Below are positions 62,656 through 64,000 of a stretch of DNA of 64,000 nucleotides, one piece after another. The notes under the pieces are model-generated. The model was not told where the DNA came from, did not search any database, and saw nothing but the letters and a program-made list of their open reading frames with translations. Every line of letters begins with the position of its first letter. Within the stretch, counting starts at the first letter, position 1. The stretch is from contig LSRY02000062.1 of the NCBI GenBank assembly GCA_001643675.2, forward strand, positions 248,001-312,000, in the 5' to 3' direction. A program made the position numbers and the translations under genes. The DNA comes from Monocercomonoides exilis PA203 (taxonomy: Eukaryota; Protista; Preaxostyla).

Positions 62656-64000
62656 ATGGATATTGCTGAACTCGATAGATGGATTGAACAACTGTCAAAC
62701 TCAAAACTTCTTTCAGAAGCAGAAGTGGAAAAGTTGGTGCAAAAAGTTTGTGCTTCTTCGTTCTTTGCTCATTAGTCACGATTTTTTTTATGGAATGATT
62801 ATGAAAAATGAAATAATTTAATTGTTAAAATGAAAGGCAACCGAAATCATTTCATCTGAGCCAAACGTCGTTTCAGTTCCAGCTCCATGCACGATTGTTG
62901 GAGACATCCATGGGCAATTCCATGATCTTCTGGAAATGTTCAAGATAGGAGGACAAAGCCCCGATATCAACTATGTATTCCTTGGTGATTACGTTGATAG
63001 AGGGTATTACAGTGTTGAAACTGTTTCGCTTCTTGTATGCTTAAAAGTACGTTATCCACAAAGGGTAACATTACTTCGCGGGAATCATGAAAGTCGCCAG
63101 ATCACCCAAGTGTATGAATGATTAATAGATTTTCATATGAAAATAAATGCATGTTTTACGTTTGTGATGTTAGTTATGGATTTTATGATGAGTGCACAAA
63201 GAAATATGGAAGTGCATCTGTTTGGACGAGTTTCACTAATCTATTTGATTACATTCCACTTGGCGCTATTATTCAACGTGAAGTTTGATTATTATTGTTA
63301 TTATTTTAATGTAATCAATTTTTCTGTTTCACAAACAGATATTATGCATTCATGGTGGCCTGTCTCCAATTATCGAAACAGTTGATGATATCAGAAAACT
63401 TGATCGCGTCCAAGAAATTCCACATGAAGGTGCAATGGTTTGATACGCACCTATGATGATATTTCATTTATTGTTTATGTATATGTCATTTTTGAATCGA
63501 CAATCAGGCTGATCTTCTCTGGAGTGATCCCGAAGAAAGATCTGGATTTGGAACAAGGTGTATATTTCATCTATTTCATTATGAAATAAATTAACCCTTT
63601 TAAATTTTAATGAAACATATTTAAATTTTTAAATTATAGTCCTCGTGGAGCAGGATGGACGTTTGGAGGGGACATGTCACAACGTTTCAACACAACAAAC
63701 AGACTGTCTCTGATTGTGAGGGCTCATCAGCTTGTGATGGATGGCTTCAACAGAGTTCATGGAGGCTCTGTTGTGACTCTCTTCTCAGCACCCAACTATT
63801 GCAGCCGCTGCGGCAATCAGGGAGCTGTGATGGAGTTAGACGATACACTCGAAAAACTGATGTTTGAAATTGTTCATTTTTGCTTGATAAATAAAGAAAC
63901 GTTGTTTTGTTGCTTGACATTTAAATGTTGATAAATGCAATCCTTCACAAACAATGATAATTCTTCTCTTATGATTTTTGATATTCTATTCAATCAAACA
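62656..64000 (+). CDS. PP2A-type Ser/Thr phosphatase catalytic subunit (3' end outside the window)
   Basis: [86 protein letters not shown]2A versus PP4 is not fully resolved. Confidence 0.93.

Overview
Eukaryotic, intron-rich, gene-dense protist DNA in the standard genetic code (genes end in TAA, TAG or TGA). Short AT-rich introns, long poly-Ser and acidic insertions, a Pmp-like surface protein and a Giardia-type cathepsin B suggest an oxymonad such as Monocercomonoides; this is inference. Bases 1-4812 are a nearly full-length DIRS1-type tyrosine-recombinase retrotransposon on the minus strand. It has inverted terminal repeats, an internal complementary region, gag, RT-RNaseH-methyltransferase, and a YR frame that overlaps the whole RT ORF and is split by an in-frame TGA. 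The rest is about 20 host genes, many head-to-head: a small Cys-rich ORF, a MORN protein, DCTN3-like, Rpt6, GPN3, a greatly expanded DHX37, cathepsin B, a YgeY-like M20 hydrolase, LSM3, a Pmp-like membrane protein, divergent DPH2-like, TRIC-like, a CAMKK-type kinase with a CaaX tail, syntaxin, V-ATPase a, CENP-L, DDX49, 14-3-3, MYBBP1A/Pol5, a TTF1/Reb1-like Myb protein, TTC25/ODAD4 and a PP2A-type phosphatase cut by the window end. The most striking observations are the DIRS architecture with repeated TGA-ATG junctions, non-canonical splice donors (GA-AG in 14-3-3, two GC-AG in the MORN gene) that all keep +4T/+5G, a CCAN subunit, and a 33-57 bp divergent spacer between two endolysosomal genes. 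Exon models were built by eye and family calls come from remembered motifs; no searches were run.
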